Positions 19,673 through 31,735 are shown, numbered from the stretch's first letter. The stretch: 64,000 nt of DNA from Thermoanaerobaculia bacterium (GCA_963837455.1 CAWINM010000001.1:452832-516831); one strand, 5' to 3'. Numbers and translations are program-made. Notes: generated by a model not told the origin, from the sequence alone.

Positions 19673-19701
19673 GCGAAGCCTCCTTTCGGCTCTCTCTCCA
19701 A

Positions 19702-20581
19702 TCAACCCTTGACGGCCCCGGCGGTGAGGCCGGAGACCAGGTAGCGCTGCAGGAACATGAACAGGGCGCCCACCGGGATGGCGGTGACGATGGCGCCGGC
19801 GGCGAAGTAGCCCCCACTGCTGCGGTGTACCGACGAAGAAACGCGAGGCCGACCGGGGCGGTATACATCGTCTCCTTGTCCATGAAGGTGGCCGCCAGGA
19901 TGAACTCGTTCCATGCCGTCATGAACGAGAACAGCGCGGTCACCGCCACCGCCGGCTTCGCCAGCGGCAGCACGATGCTCAAGAAGACCCTGCCGGCGAG
20001 GCGCCGTCGATGAGCGCCGACTCCTCCAGCTCCCTGGGAATGGTGTCGAAATAGCCCTTGAGCATCCACACGCAAAAGGGTATTGCGGTCATCGCGTAAA
20101 CCAGCACCAGGCCCGGCCAGGTCGAGCCCAGCCAGCCACTTGACGATGATGATGTAGAGCGGGATCAACATCAGCACGCCGGGGAACATCTGCGAGACCA
20201 GGAACGACATCAGCCCGGCGCGGCGCCGCGGGAAGCGGAACCGCGAGAAGGCGTAGCCGGCGGTGCAGGCCAGCGCCACGCCGAGCACCGTCGTCGCCGC
20301 CGAGACGATCGCACTGTTGAACAGCCAGCGCGCGAACGGCTGCTGGGAGAAGAGGTCGGTGAAGTTGGCGGCCGAGAGGTGGTCGGGCCAGGGGATCACC
20401 GCCCGCAGCCGGTCGAGCCAGCTGGGGTCCGGCGGCAGGTGGACGATGGCGAGCTGCTGCTGGCCGGAGAAAGCGATGCTGGACACCCACAGCACGGGGT
20501 AGATGGTGGGTGATCGCCGCCAGCCACCAGGATGAGGTGCAGCGGCCGGTGGGGCGGCTCGTCGCTACGGCGATGGCTCAC
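19702..20581 (-). CDS. MalG-like carbohydrate ABC transporter permease, disrupted by two or more frameshifts (about 19800 and 20500)
   Basis: The N-terminus ([21 protein letters not shown]), the body ([11 protein letters not shown]...EAA motif region) and the C-terminus ([36 protein letters not shown]) lie in three different frames. The GTG start overlaps the malF stop. Confidence 0.6.
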
Positions 20582-22527
20582 GTCACGGCCTCCGTGCCCT
20601 TGGTGACCCGGTTCTGCCAGGTGCCATAGGCGAAGAGGATGAAGAAGATGATCGTCGAGTAGGCGGCAGCGTAGCCATAGCGGTACTGCTCGAAGGCGAT
20701 CTTGTACGCCTCGGTGATGAGGATCTCGGTCGAGCCTGCCGGCTCGCCCGCCGACACCAGGTAGATGATGTTGAACATGTTGAAGGTCCAGATCATCGAG
20801 ATGATCACCGCCGGCACCAGCGCCGGCTTGAGCGAGGGCAGGGTGATGTGCGCAACTGCTGCCAGCGCGAAGCGCCGTCCACCCTCGCCGCCTCGTAGAT
20901 GTCGGTGGAGATCGACTGCAGCGCGCCGAGGGAGATCACCATCATGAAGGGGAACGACAGCCAGCCGTTGGTGGCGAGCATCCGCGGCGAACGAGGTCGC
21001 CGAGCGTGCTCGAACCACGACACTGGCGCAGCCCCGAACAGCTGCAAGACCTGGTTGATCCGCCGAACTGCCGATGGAACATCCCCCTCCAGATCAGCGC
21101 GGTGATGTAGTTCGGCATCGCCCAGGGCAGGATAAGATGACCCGGTAGACGGGACGCAGGGCGAGGCGCGGCGTGTTGAGGATGAGCGCCAGGACGAGCC
21201 CGCCGGTGACGCCCAGGGCGACGTTGGTCACCGTCCAGACGATGGTGAAGAGCAGGGTCCAGTAGAAGTTGCCGTAGTTCCAGGTGAGACCCGCGGCGGT
21301 GTGGGTGACGAGGTGGAAGTCGCCGAGGATGTCGGTGAAGTTGGAGAGACCGACCCACAGCTCGGTGAGCGGCTTCTGACTGTTGTAGATGTTGGCGTTG
21401 GTGAAGGCGAGGGTGATGCCGTAGAGGAAGGGGAAGAAGACCAGCACCAGCATGCCGATCATCGCCGGCAGGGCATAGGCATAGGCGACGCGGAAGCGGA
21501 CCAGGGTGGTCCACGCCTGCAGCGCGGCGCCGGTGCCCACGATCAGGAAGAGGGCAAGCGCCAGGATGACGGCGCCGGCGGCGGGCCGCAGCGCTCTCTT
21601 GCGCACCGCGGCGGCCGCCGCGTCCACGGCCGCCTTCACCAAGCCGGTCGTGGTCAGCTCGCCGCGGGGATGGCGGAAGCGGTCGGCGTCCCAGGCCGCA
21701 GGCTGCAGGGGCTCGTGCGTGGCGGCGCCGAGCTGCGCCAGCACCGCCTCGGCACGCTGTGCCCTGGCGGCAACGTCGACGGCGACCTCGGACGCGGCGC
21801 CGCGGCGGGAGGCCGCCAGCGAGCGGGCGGTCGACAGCGCATAGCCACCGACGCCGGCGACGACGAGCAGCGTCGCCGCCACCCCCGCCAGCCAGCGACG
21901 GCCGCGCAGCAGCGGCCAGAGGGCGAGGAAGGCGACCACGGGCAGCGCCGCCGCCGCCAGCGCTCGCCAGCTCGCCGGCCGCGGCGCCGGCGCCATGGGA
22001 CGCGTGTCCACCTGCACCAGCCCCGCCACCTCGCCACCGGTCACCCAGGGCGTCGACAACCGCAGCCCGCCGTCGGGGAGCTGCTCGACGACGATCTCCT
22101 CCTGCCGCACGCCCCCCTCGCGGTTGGCCTCCACCGCCGAGCGCAGCTGCCGGGCGAGGTCGTACACCGGCTTCTCGTCGCGCACCAGGCGGCGCGGCGG
22201 CGCCCCGCGCTCGCGATCGGCAGCGTCGGTCGAGGCGACCAATGTGCGGCTGTCGATGTCCACCACGCGCAGCGCCCGCACCCGCGGGTCGGCCTCGGTC
22301 CACAGCTCGACGGCCTTGCCGACCACCGACCGCGCCGCCTCGACAGGCGTCTCCTCGATGACGCTGCCCTCCTCGGGCGGCGTGCCGGGGGCCGGCGCCT
22401 GGGCGGCGGCGGCGGCCTCCCGCGCGCGGCCGGCGAGGTCGGCGAAGGCCTGCAGCGAGACCACCGTCCGTCGCGCCGCCAGCTCTTCGGCGAGGCTCGA
22501 GCGCAGCTCGGAGACGCCGGCCCACAC
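20578..22527 (-). CDS. MalF-like carbohydrate ABC transporter permease with roughly 175-aa N-terminal soluble extension, disrupted by about three frameshifts (near 20880, 21050, 21140)
   Basis: MalF-like segments (PWAMPNYITALIWRGMFHRQFGG, INQVLQLFGAAPVSWFE, GWLSFPFMMVISLGALQSI, AHITLPSLKP..., C-terminal ...TWQNRVTKG) are distributed over three reading frames. Confidence 0.55.
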
Positions 22528-22639
22528 TAGCCCGACGCCTATGACGAGGCCGAGCAGCAGCCCGGCGAGCAGGCGCTTGCGTGGGTCGGGGAGCGGACGG
22601 GTAGCTTCGGCGTTCAGGGCAAACCTCCGGCGGGCGCCC

Positions 22640-23866
22640 TCACCCGCGCAGCTTGGCGATACGTTCGATGACTTCCTTCTGCGCCTGCTCGAGCGCCGCC
22701 TTGGGCGTCGCCGCCCTCTTCACCACGGCGTTCATCGCCGTCGTCGCCGGCGACCAGACCATCGTCATCTCGGGCAGGTTGGGCATCGGCACCGCCACTT
22801 CGACCTGCTTGCGGAAGGCCTCGAGGATGGGGTCGGCCTTCACCTGCGGGTCGTCGTAGACCGCCTTGTTGGCCGGCGTCTGGCGCCCCTCGAGGGCGAG
22901 GGTGCGCGCCGCCGGCAGGTCGGTGAGGTACTGGACGAAGTCGTAGGCGGCGTCCTTGCTCTTCGACGGCGCCGCGATGTACACGCCCTCGACGGTCATC
23001 CACGGGCGCATCGGCTTGCCCCCTGCCTCGTCGATGGTGGGCAGCATGGCGAGCCCGTACTTCACCTCGGGCGCGATCTCGCCGAGGAACCACGGGCCGG
23101 AGAAGACCATCGCCGCCTTGCCCTGGTTGAAGAGCGCGGTGATGAGCGCGGTCGAGGGCTCGGCGGGGAGGATCTTGTCCTTGTCGAGCCAGCGCATCAG
23201 CAGCTCGATCGACTTGACGTTGGCAGGGTCGTCGAGCGTCGGCTTGCGGTCGGGGCCGAAGACATGGCCGCCGAAGCCGTTCATCAGCGCGGCGTGGTAG
23301 TAGAAGTCCGAGAACCAGTAGGCGAGGCCGAACCTCCCCTCCGCGGGCTTGCCCAGCTTCTTGGCCAGGGCCACCAGCTCGCCGGTGGTCTTGGGCGGCG
23401 TCTGCACCAGCGCCTTGTTGTAGACGAGGGTGATGACCTTGTAGTTGAGCGGCAGGCCGTAGACGTTGCCCTGGTAGGTCATCGCCTCCATGGTGGAGGG
23501 CAGGAAGCGCTGCTTGGTGGCGTCGTCGAGGAAGAAATCGATGGGCTCGACGGTGTTGCCGGCCACAACCCAGCCGCCCAGGCGGTCCTGCGCGTAGATG
23601 AAGACGTCCGGACCCTTGCCGCGCGGCACCGCGGCGGTGATCTTGTCGGCGAAGGCGTCGTAGGGAACTGCCAGCGTCGTAACCTTGATTCCCTTGGCGG
23701 CGCGCGTCTGGTTGTACGCCGCCACCACCTTCTCGAAGGCGTCCTTCTCACCGCCCCGGTAGGCGTGCCACACCACCAGCTCGGTGGCGGCGCCGGCGGG
23801 AGCCACGGCCGTCAGCACCAGGCCGGCGGCGGCGAGCAGACGCAGGAGAGCGCGCAGGGTCTTCAT
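22640..23866 (-). CDS. maltose/maltodextrin-type extracellular solute-binding protein (family 1 SBP, MalE-like)
   Basis: 408 aa, intact, with a signal peptide and family-1 SBP conservation. Confidence 0.85.
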   Translation of the reverse strand: MKTLRALLRLLAAAGLVLTAVAPAGAATELVVWHAYRGGEKDAFEKVVAAYNQTRAAKGIKVTTLAVPYDAFADKITAAVPRGKGPDVFIYAQDRLGGWVVAGNTVEPIDFFLDDATKQRFLPSTMEAMTYQGNVYGLPLNYKVITLVYNKALVQTPPKTTGELVALAKKLGKPAEGRFGLAYWFSDFYYHAALMNGFGGHVFGPDRKPTLDDPANVKSIELLMRWLDKDKILPAEPSTALITALFNQGKAAMVFSGPWFLGEIAPEVKYGLAMLPTIDEAGGKPMRPWMTVEGVYIAAPSKSKDAAYDFVQYLTDLPAARTLALEGRQTPANKAVYDDPQVKADPILEAFRKQVEVAVPMPNLPEMTMVWSPATTAMNAVVKRAATPKAALEQAQKEVIERIAKLRG

Positions 23867-23878
23867 CGCCAGGACCTC

Positions 23879-24980
<1,102 letters not shown>

Positions 24981-24995
24981 CGCTCGCACACCTCC

Positions 24996-26564
24996 TCAGG
25001 GGATCGCCGCCAAGATGCGGAAGCCGTGCGCGGGCACGCTCAGCGCCAGCTCGCCACTTGCAACCGGCGCCGTCTCGCCGCTCCATTCGTCGCGCACTGC
25101 CTTGGCGGCCCAGGCGGCGGGTGCCGCGAGAGTGGCGCCGGCAGCGGCGCCGCCGCGGTTGACTGCCACCAGGACCACCTCCCCGCTCGCCGCGTCGCGG
25201 CGGGAGAAGACGAGCAGGTCCCCTGCGCTCGCCACGCCCTCCTGGGTGCCCTCGGCGAGCGCCGGGTGGGCGCGGCGAATGGCGATCAGCCTCTGGTAGT
25301 CGCGCCGCAGCGCCTCGTCGCGCGGCCTGCCGGCACCGGGCAGGATCGCTCGCTCGCCCCACGGCATGTCGCTGCGGTTGTCCGGCCAGTCGCCGCCCAG
25401 GCGCCCGACCTCCTCGCCGTAGTAGATGACGGGGATGCCGCCGGTGGTGAGCTCGAGGGCGGCGGCGAGACGGAACAGATCCTTGTCGCCAGCGAGCTGG
25501 AACAGCGCTCCCGGCACGTCGTGCGAGGAGAGGAAGTGCGCCAGCAGGTGGCCGGCGCGCACCTTGCCGCGCGACTCGAGGTAGTGCTCGTAGGCGACGG
25601 TGCGGCCGCGACCCTGCACCCAGCCGAGGGTGCTGCCCTGGAAGCCGAAGTCGAAGCCGGCGTCGAGCTCGTCGGCGGCGAACCAGGGGTCGAGCACCTG
25701 CGCGTCGCCACCCCACACCTCGCCGAGCAGGAAGAAGCCGGGAGAGAGCTCGGCGCGGGTGCGCCGACGGTGCTGCTGCCAGAACTCGTGCGGCACGTGC
25801 TTGACGGTGTCGAGGCGGAAGCCGTCGACGCCGGCGCGCTTGGCGATCGGCAGCTGCCAGTCCATCAGCTGCTTGGCGATGGCGGGCACCTCGGTGCGGA
25901 AGTCGGGCAGCCCGGAGACGCAGCTGGTGAGGTCGTCGCTGCCGCAGCCGCCGTTGTCGCCGCTGCGCAGCCAGCTCCTCGTCACCGGGTCGGTCAGGTA
26001 ATGGGAGTGGTAGCCGGCGTGGTTGTAGACGACGTCGAGCAGCACGCGGATGCCGCGGGCATGGGCGGCGGCGACCAGCGCCGCCAGCTCGGCCTCGCTG
26101 CCGAAGCGGCTGTCGAGGCGCGAGAAGTCGTCCGGCCAGTAGCCGTGGTAAGCCCAGTCAGGGAAGCCGGCACCGGTGACGAAGCCATCGATGTTCTTGA
26201 CCACCGGCGTGATCCACAGCGCGGTGACGCCGAGCGAGGCGATCTCGTCGATCTGCTGGGTGAGCCCGGCGAGGTCGCCGCCATGGAAGGTCCCCTTGGC
26301 GGTGAGGTCGACGTCACGGTCGTTGCCGCGGTCGCCGTCGGCGAAGCGGTCGACGATGGCGAAGTAGAGGACCTCGCGCGACCACGGGCGAGCAGGCAGC
26401 GGAGCGGGAGCGACGCTCGCGACCGCGGGCGGGGCCGGCGCCGGCGGCCGCGGAGCACCGCTCGTGGTACAGGCGGCGGTGAGCGCCACCAGCGCGAGCG
26501 GCCATCCCGCGCGCCAGAGCCGCCGGGAGAGGTCCGACCGCGAGGAGACGCCAGCATTCGGCAT
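24996..26564 (-). CDS. GH13 alpha-amylase family glycoside hydrolase, lipoprotein
   Basis: Start at MPNAGVSS (26564) with lipobox LTAAC. GH13 motifs GFRLDTVKH, GEVW, SSHD. First gene of the co-directional cluster. Confidence 0.8.
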   Translation of the reverse strand: MPNAGVSSRSDLSRRLWRAGWPLALVALTAACTTSGAPRPPAPAPPAVASVAPAPLPARPWSREVLYFAIVDRFADGDRGNDRDVDLTAKGTFHGGDLAGLTQQIDEIASLGVTALWITPVVKNIDGFVTGAGFPDWAYHGYWPDDFSRLDSRFGSEAELAALVAAAHARGIRVLLDVVYNHAGYHSHYLTDPVTRSWLRSGDNGGCGSDDLTSCVSGLPDFRTEVPAIAKQLMDWQLPIAKRAGVDGFRLDTVKHVPHEFWQQHRRRTRAELSPGFFLLGEVWGGDAQVLDPWFAADELDAGFDFGFQGSTLGWVQGRGRTVAYEHYLESRGKVRAGHLLAHFLSSHDVPGALFQLAGDKDLFRLAAALELTTGGIPVIYYGEEVGRLGGDWPDNRSDMPWGERAILPGAGRPRDEALRRDYQRLIAIRRAHPALAEGTQEGVASAGDLLVFSRRDAASGEVVLVAVNRGGAAAGATLAAPAAWAAKAVRDEWSGETAPVASGELALSVPAHGFRILAAIP

Positions 26565-26579
26565 CGAAGCTCTGATCCC

Positions 26580-26665
26580 GTTGACACTAGGAGCCCGGGG
26601 CTCCCGGCTCCACCCCCCGATGACACGGGGCCTCCCACCCGAAGGGGTGGGTATCGGACCCAGTG
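26580..26665. promoter_or_regulatory. structured leader/promoter region upstream of the amylase-transporter cluster: two GC hairpins plus tandem heptamer CCCAGTG x2
   Basis: GAGCCCGGGGCTC and CCCACCCgaaGGGGTGGG inverted repeats, and a CCCAGTGCCCAGTG direct repeat, lie within the roughly 600-bp intergenic region between the divergent amylase and ubiB-like genes. Confidence 0.2.
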
Positions 26666-27161
26666 CCCAGTGCCCCTGGCGCACTCGAATCAAGAGCCGC
26701 CACAAGGAGAGGGTCCCGTTCTTGGCAGCCATGGAGCTGCTGCGGGGCTATTCTCGATCCGGAGCCGTCGGTCCGACAATCCCCGACGGGTGGGGGCCAT
26801 CGCCCTGGACGGGCACCACCCGCGGGGGCGGCGGCCGGTGCGAGCCCGGCGACGCGCGGCGGGATGGTGAAGCCGTGACACCAAAGGCCACCTCACCCCG
26901 CCGGGTCGGCGGGCCTGCCGGCCGGCGGGCGTAGGCTGGGCTCGCAATGCCCACCGAGAACCCTACGCAGAACGAGCTCGTCGCCGCCTTGCCAGACGCC
27001 CTCCACGCCGCGCTCGGGGTGCGGCTGACGCCGCGCGGAGGTCACGCCATCGAAGAGCCCCGGCGTGGCGGAATCGCCCACGACCCGACGGTCGCGCCGG
27101 CAAGGCGGGGGCGCGGGGGCGTCCTGGCGACGGTGGCCGTCGTCTCCCTGGAGACGTCGAC

Positions 27162-28826
27162 GTGGCGACTGGTGTGACCCGCTGGCCCGACCTCGTCCGC
27201 CGCTCCCGCGAGGTGGTGGCGACGCTGGTGCGTCACGGCCTGGGATCGCTGGCTCGCGAGCTGCGCCTCCGCCGCTGGCCGCCGCCGTGGCCCTGGCGCT
27301 CCGGCACCGCTGCCGACCTACCCACGCACGCCGCCCGCCTGCGGCTCGCCCTCGAGGAGATGGGGGCGACCTTCGTCAAGGTTGGGCAGATCCTCTCCAC
27401 CCGCGCCGACCTGCTGCCTCCCGAGGTGATCGGGGAGCTTACGAAGCTGCAGGACGCCGCCCCCGCCGCGCCCTGGTCGGAAGTGCACGCGCTGCTCGAG
27501 GCAGAGCTCGGGCGGCCGCTCGCCGAGGCCTTCGCGGAGCTCTCACCCGAGCCCTTCGCCGCCGCCTCGCTGGGGCAGGTACACGCCGGCGTTCTTCCCG
27601 GCGGCGAGCAGGTGGCCGTGAAGGTGCTGCGCCCGGGGGTGGAGCGGCAGGTGGAGCTCGACCTCGCCGTCGTCAAGCGCCTCGGCGCCCTCGCCGCGCG
27701 CAACGCGGCGCTCGCCCCCTGGGAGCCGCAGCAGCTGGTCGACGAGCTGGCGCGGACGCTGCGCGCCGAGCTCGACTACCGGCGCGAGGCACGCAGCATC
27801 CAGCGTTTCGCCCGCCAGCTCGCCGGCCTGTCCGGCCTGCGGGTGCCGCGCCTCCATCCCGAGCTCTGCACCCGCCGGGTGCTCACCATGGAGCGGCTCG
27901 ACGGCGTGCGCATCGACGACCTCGCCAGCCTCGCCGCGCTGGGCGTCGACCGTCCCGCCCTCGCTCACCGCATGGCGGAGGTGCTCTTCCGCTCCGCCCT
28001 CCAACACGGCTTCTTCCACGCCGATCCCCATCCCGGCAACTTCCGGGTGCTCGCCGACGGCACCCTGGTGATGCTCGACTTCGGCATGATGGGCTACCTG
28101 GCACGGCGCGAGCGCGAGGCGTTGATGGAGCTGCTGCTCGCCCTCGTCACCGGCGACGCCGACCGTTGCGCCGACCGTCTCGCCGAGCTCGGCGTGCGCG
28201 GCGGCGGCGGCGAGGAGCGCCGGCTCCGCCGGCAGCTCGCCCAGCTGCTCTTCGACTACGCCGAGCTGCCCTTCGGCGAGCTGCCCATGGGCGAGGTCCT
28301 CGGGCGCGTGCTGGAGATCGCCCGCACCCTGCGCCTGAGCCTGCCCACCGAGCTCGCGCTGCTCGCCAAGACGGTGCTGATGGCGGAAGGGCTCGGTATG
28401 CGGCTCGATCCCGGGTTCCAGCTCGTGCCGGTGGCGCGACCGCTGGTGCGGGAGGCGCTCGCTGCGCGCCTCCTGCCGCCGGGCGGCGACCGCCTGCTGC
28501 AGGCGGCGCTCGACCTCACCGGGGTCGCCCGCGAGCTGCCCGCCCGCGCCCGCCGGCTCGGCGATCGTCTCGATCGCGGCGCCCTGCAGGTGGAGGTGCA
28601 GCTCGACCAGCGCGCCTTCGTCCATGAGCTCGAGCGACTGGTGCGCAACCTGCGGGCGTCGGCGCTCAGCGCCGCCGCCATCGTCGCCATGGGCCTGCTC
28701 ATCCTCGCCCACCCGCCGGCCGGCCTGGCGCGGTGGGCGCCGTGGCTCTTCGGCGGCGGCCTGCTGGTCACCCTCGGTCTGCTCGCCTACCTGGTGCTCG
28801 ATAGCTGGCGCTCTCGGCGTCTGTGA
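27162..28826 (+). CDS. ABC1/UbiB-family atypical protein kinase
   Basis: 554 aa with the ABC1 kinase-like domain and a C-terminal TM anchor. GTG start. Confidence 0.8.
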   Translation: MATGVTRWPDLVRRSREVVATLVRHGLGSLARELRLRRWPPPWPWRSGTAADLPTHAARLRLALEEMGATFVKVGQILSTRADLLPPEVIGELTKLQDAAPAAPWSEVHALLEAELGRPLAEAFAELSPEPFAAASLGQVHAGVLPGGEQVAVKVLRPGVERQVELDLAVVKRLGALAARNAALAPWEPQQLVDELARTLRAELDYRREARSIQRFARQLAGLSGLRVPRLHPELCTRRVLTMERLDGVRIDDLASLAALGVDRPALAHRMAEVLFRSALQHGFFHADPHPGNFRVLADGTLVMLDFGMMGYLARREREALMELLLALVTGDADRCADRLAELGVRGGGGEERRLRRQLAQLLFDYAELPFGELPMGEVLGRVLEIARTLRLSLPTELALLAKTVLMAEGLGMRLDPGFQLVPVARPLVREALAARLLPPGGDRLLQAALDLTGVARELPARARRLGDRLDRGALQVEVQLDQRAFVHELERLVRNLRASALSAAAIVAMGLLILAHPPAGLARWAPWLFGGGLLVTLGLLAYLVLDSWRSRRL

Positions 28827-29745
28827 CACCCCCATCCCATGGTGGCGCGGCGCGCCGCCACCAGCGCCGCCCCACCACCGCGAACAGGCCCCCGGTGGCC
28901 AGCCCGGCGAGGCTGTCGACCGGGTAGTGAAACGCCCCGAGCACCGTGCTGGCGGCGATCGCCAGCACCCACGCCAGATAGAGCCAACGGGCGCGCGGGT
29001 AGAGCCGCGTTCCATAGGTCGCCGCCACCACGGCGGCAGCGGCGTGGGTGCTGGGGAAGGCGAGGCCACCGCGGTCGAACGCGCGATAGGCGTGCTCCAC
29101 CGCGGTGGTGAAGAGCCCTCGCGACGGCACCAGCCGCGGCCGCCACGCCAGCGGGCCCGACACCGGGAAGAGGAAGCTCGCCGCGAAGTGGGAGAGCATG
29201 GCGAGGGTGAGGACGCCGACCTGCTCCGCCACCAGAGCCGGCCGCCGCCGTTCGGCTAGCAACGCCGGCAGGAAGAGGAGCAGGTAGTAACTGAGGTAGG
29301 CAGCGTGCACCGTCTCGCGCAGCAGGGGAGAGAGCAGGGGCGGAAGCTCCAGCCACCAGCGGCCGGGGAACAGCAGGCCGTCCCAGCGCGCCACCAGCGG
29401 ATCGAGGTCGTGCGGCACCAACAAGTGCCGCAAGGCTCCCGCCTCCGGGTAGAGCGCGAGCAGCAGCGCCACCGGGTACCAGCGGTGCGCGAGCTTCCAC
29501 GGCGAGCCGCGCCGCGCCAGGCGTGCGGCTCGCGCCAGCGCCGGCACCGCGACGAGCACCGCCGCGTGCGCCAGCACCAGGAGGGGCCACGCCGGAGGCC
29601 GCCGCAGCAGCACCAACAGGCCCACCCATGCCGTGTAGGCGAGCACCACCCGATCCGCCGCACCGAGGGCGGTCGGCCCGACGCGCTGGCCGCCGGAGGT
29701 CGCCGCGCGCGCGGCCTCCACCGCGACCGGCGCGCCGCCGCTCAT
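28768..29745 (-). CDS. PAP2-family phosphatase, membrane protein
   Basis: PAP2 motifs (...PSTHAAAAVVAATY..., H...D) and multiple TM helices. Its 3' end overlaps the convergent ubiB-like gene by about 59 nt. Confidence 0.65.
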   Translation of the reverse strand: MSGGAPVAVEAARAATSGGQRVGPTALGAADRVVLAYTAWVGLLVLLRRPPAWPLLVLAHAAVLVAVPALARAARLARRGSPWKLAHRWYPVALLLALYPEAGALRHLLVPHDLDPLVARWDGLLFPGRWWLELPPLLSPLLRETVHAAYLSYYLLLFLPALLAERRRPALVAEQVGVLTLAMLSHFAASFLFPVSGPLAWRPRLVPSRGLFTTAVEHAYRAFDRGGLAFPSTHAAAAVVAATYGTRLYPRARWLYLAWVLAIAASTVLGAFHYPVDSLAGLATGGLFAVVGRRWWRRAAPPWDGGVTDAESASYRAPGRRADRG

Positions 29746-30851
29746 GGCGCGCCGTCGTAGATGCGGTAGGTCTTGTAGGGCACCGCGCCGAGACCATCCA
29801 ACACCCGGCGCATCGGCACGTTGCTCTCCAGGATCCACGACAGCTCGCCCCACCGGAACCCCTTGCGGCGACCCGTTTCCATCGTCTCGGCGTAGAGGGC
29901 AGCGTCGATGCCGCGATGGCGCCACGCGGCGAGCACACCCATGATCAGCACGCGCCCCACCGCGATGTGCCGGCGGTGCCACCAGAGCTTCGCCCAGCCG
30001 AAGGGGAGCAGCCGCCCGTCGAGGTGGCGCAGCGCCTGATTGAGATCCGGCAGCGTCACCGACACCCCCACGGGCTCGTCCCCCGCCTCGGCGAGCAGCA
30101 CCAGCTCGGGGTCGACCACCGGCAGCAGATCGCGAGCGAGCCGCCTCACCTCCTGGCGCGACAGGGGCACCGCCCCCCAGTTCTCCGCCCACGCCGCTGA
30201 GTGCACGCGGTGGATGCGGTCGACCTCGTCGTCGAAGTGGTCGAGGTCGACGGGGCGCAAGCGGATGCCTGTTCGCGCCAGCCGCTCGCGCACGGCCAGC
30301 AGACGCGGCGGCGTCTCGGCCGGCACCTCGAAGCGGTAGGCCAGCAGGTCCTGGGCCTTGGCCATGCCGCAGCCCTCGAGCAGCGCCGGGTAGTAGGGCG
30401 GGTTGTAGGCCATCAGCAGCACCGGCGGCAGACCGTAGGCGTCGAGCAGCACGCCACACTCGTCGTTGATGGTGAAGCTGGTCGGCCCGCGCAGGCGGGT
30501 GAGACCGGCGGCACGCACCCATTCCCCGGCCCGACCGAGCAGCGCCCGCGCCACGGCGGGATCGTCCAATGCCTCGAAGAAGCCGAAGAAGCCGGTGCCG
30601 TCGCGGTAGGTATCGAGATGGCGCCGATTCTCGATGGCGGCGATCCTCCCCACCACCTCGCCGCCACGCTCGGCGAGAAACAGCTGCGCCCGCGAGTGCT
30701 GGAAGAACGGATTGCCCGCCGGCGACAGCTGGCGCCGCTGCTCGTGCAGCAGCGGTGGCACCCAGCAAGGGTTGCCTTGGTAGATCCGCCAGGGGAAGTG
30801 AATGAACCGGGAGAGCTCCCGGCCTGCCGCGACCGGGACGACCCGCAGCAC
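29742..30851 (-). CDS. putative GNAT/FemAB-like acyltransferase (family assignment tentative)
   Basis: Conserved core FLAERGGEVVGRIAAI... typical of acyl-CoA N-acyltransferase folds. The start is uncertain (GTG at 30851 or 30875). The ORF extends spuriously to 31526. Confidence 0.45.
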   Translation of the reverse strand: MLRVVPVAAGRELSRFIHFPWRIYQGNPCWVPPLLHEQRRQLSPAGNPFFQHSRAQLFLAERGGEVVGRIAAIENRRHLDTYRDGTGFFGFFEALDDPAVARALLGRAGEWVRAAGLTRLRGPTSFTINDECGVLLDAYGLPPVLLMAYNPPYYPALLEGCGMAKAQDLLAYRFEVPAETPPRLLAVRERLARTGIRLRPVDLDHFDDEVDRIHRVHSAAWAENWGAVPLSRQEVRRLARDLLPVVDPELVLLAEAGDEPVGVSVTLPDLNQALRHLDGRLLPFGWAKLWWHRRHIAVGRVLIMGVLAAWRHRGIDAALYAETMETGRRKGFRWGELSWILESNVPMRRVLDGLGAVPYKTYRIYDGAP

Positions 30852-30877
30852 GGGTGCCCCTGCGCGCGCTCGCACCG

Positions 30878-31597
30878 TCAGAACCGCCGGCCGAGGCCGA
30901 CCCAGTAGTTGGGCCCGCTGGAGTCGGTGTCGGCCAGCACCTCGGGCGCCGGCGCCAGCGAGCCGCTGGCGGCGACGTGATGGGTGAGACGGCCCCAGAA
31001 GTAGGCGACGCCGACCTCGGCGTACCAGCCCCGGGTCACGCCGAACGGCACGTCGAGCCCGAGCCCGGCCGTCGCCACCGGGAAGCTGCCGTCGTTGCGT
31101 ACGCGCAGACCCTCGTCGAGGAAGTCGTTGCGCAGTGTCAACGTCGTGGTGTCGCGCTCGTAGCCGAATCCGACGCCGGCGAGCACGAAGGGGAACGCCC
31201 GCGCGCAGCCGGGGCACGGCAGGAAGTGTGCCGCCGCCATGAGGTCTGCGAAGACGCTGTAGCGCTGCTCGAAGGCCAGCCGGGCGGGACCGGCCTCGGT
31301 GTCGATGGTGGCCCTGCCGTCGATGGCTCCCCGGCTGTAGTCGCCCTCCACCCCCACCAGCCAGCGCGGCGAGACCTGGCGGAGCACCTTGAGACCGAGG
31401 CTCAGGTTGTGGACGTCCCCCCAGTCCTCGAAGTTGGTGCCGAAGGCGCGGTTGATCTCGGCAATCTGCTCGTTGGTGCGGGTCTGCTTGGGAAAGGCCT
31501 CCTGCAGGTAGAGGGTGGCCGCCCATCCGGGCTCACGTTGCGCCAGCGCCGGGGCGGGGAGAAGGAGCAGGACTGCCAGCCAACTGGTGCGCCGCAT
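30878..31597 (-). CDS. small outer-membrane beta-barrel protein (OmpW/OmpA-like barrel, C-terminal Phe)
   Basis: Signal peptide MRRTSWLAVLLLLPAPALAQ. Beta-strand pattern with a terminal ...GLGRRF. GGAGGTGA RBS. Confidence 0.6.
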   Translation of the reverse strand: MRRTSWLAVLLLLPAPALAQREPGWAATLYLQEAFPKQTRTNEQIAEINRAFGTNFEDWGDVHNLSLGLKVLRQVSPRWLVGVEGDYSRGAIDGRATIDTEAGPARLAFEQRYSVFADLMAAAHFLPCPGCARAFPFVLAGVGFGYERDTTTLTLRNDFLDEGLRVRNDGSFPVATAGLGLDVPFGVTRGWYAEVGVAYFWGRLTHHVAASGSLAPAPEVLADTDSSGPNYWVGLGRRF

Positions 31598-31735
31598 GGT
31601 CACCTCCAGTCCAGCGAGCACCCTCCGCCGGATGCACGCCCTCGAGTCTGCGCGCCCGGAGAGCCCAGCGCCCCGGCTCGGCGGGTGGGGGTCCCCGGCG
31701 CGTCGGGCGGCTGCCCAGACCGACCGTGGTGACGG

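Noticed and set aside
26640-26670. Sigma-54-like GG/GC spacing in TGGGCACTGGGCACTGGGTCC
   Set aside because: It does not match the TGGCAC-N5-TTGC consensus at either element, and no EBP/NtrC-type activator is present in the window.
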